Assembly (NCBI GenBank): GCA_053919585.1
Contig: CM132800.1
Reading direction: 5' to 3' (one strand)
Source of the DNA: Euprymna scolopes
Taxonomy: Eukaryota
Length of the DNA stretch: 64,000 nt
This document shows positions 63,628-64,000 of this stretch, one piece after another. Each line of letters begins with the position of its first letter. Position 1 is the first letter of the stretch. The notes below the pieces were generated by a model. That model was not told the DNA's origin, made no database searches, and saw nothing but the letters and a program-made list of their open reading frames with translations. The translations under genes and the position numbers were made by a program.

Positions 63628-64000
63628 TATTCCAGTAAGCAGTTAAGTATGATACCTCGGTGAGATAAACGCCCCTACCTTGCACAAGGTCAGGTCACTC
63701 TTGGGCAAAGTATAGCACTTGTTAGACACCCTGTGATATTCTGGAGAGTTCTTGAGCTGTAATGAAAACAATACATCTATGAAATGGGGAAAGTTCTGTT
63801 GAAAAATCAAATATGATTGGAGTCCATTGGTCCTGAACGGTAAACGTCTTGTGATGGTGTCACTAAAAAACGCCTGCTTCCAATTTGTCATGAGTCAGCA
63901 CAGGAGTCGTAAGTTTTAGAAAACTGTAATGAGAATGCTCATATTTTATTTTTTATTCTTGGAAATCCTTTGAGATGAGGCTTCATAATTTGTGTATCTT

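Noticed and set aside
1-64000. Conserved bilaterian miRNAs, tRNA genes or host coding exons
   Set aside because: None were recognised by eye. The remaining short ORFs are low-complexity or antisense to TE fragments. Small exons could have been missed.

Overview
AT-rich animal (eukaryotic) genomic DNA with one assembly gap (26572-26700). I found no host protein-coding exon that I can support, so the window reads as intronic or intergenic. Most of it is a mosaic of mobile elements. These include two CR1/L2-group (Crack/Daphne-like) LINE families, one with a young 5'-truncated copy retaining about 300 codons of intact RT ORF, and decayed RTE-clade LINEs. There is a full-length but dead IR/DR-type Tc1 (DD34E), mariner- and hAT-like MITEs, about a dozen non-autonomous Helitron-like elements (several with ~150-bp internal tandem arrays), five 5S-rRNA-derived SINE copies, two minisatellites and many (TA)n/(CA)n microsatellites. 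The most interesting signal is a family of short non-coding elements carrying Penelope-type minimal type I hammerhead ribozyme cores. They occur as tRNA-promoter-headed SINE-like units and as fold-back palindromes, one of them nested with four hammerhead-like motifs. Two CpG-retaining zones (~1-9 kb and ~45-48.5 kb) containing unique sequence may mark regulatory or promoter regions. The repeat repertoire resembles what I recall from coleoid cephalopod genomes, but that is inference only. All alignments, folds and counts were done by eye.
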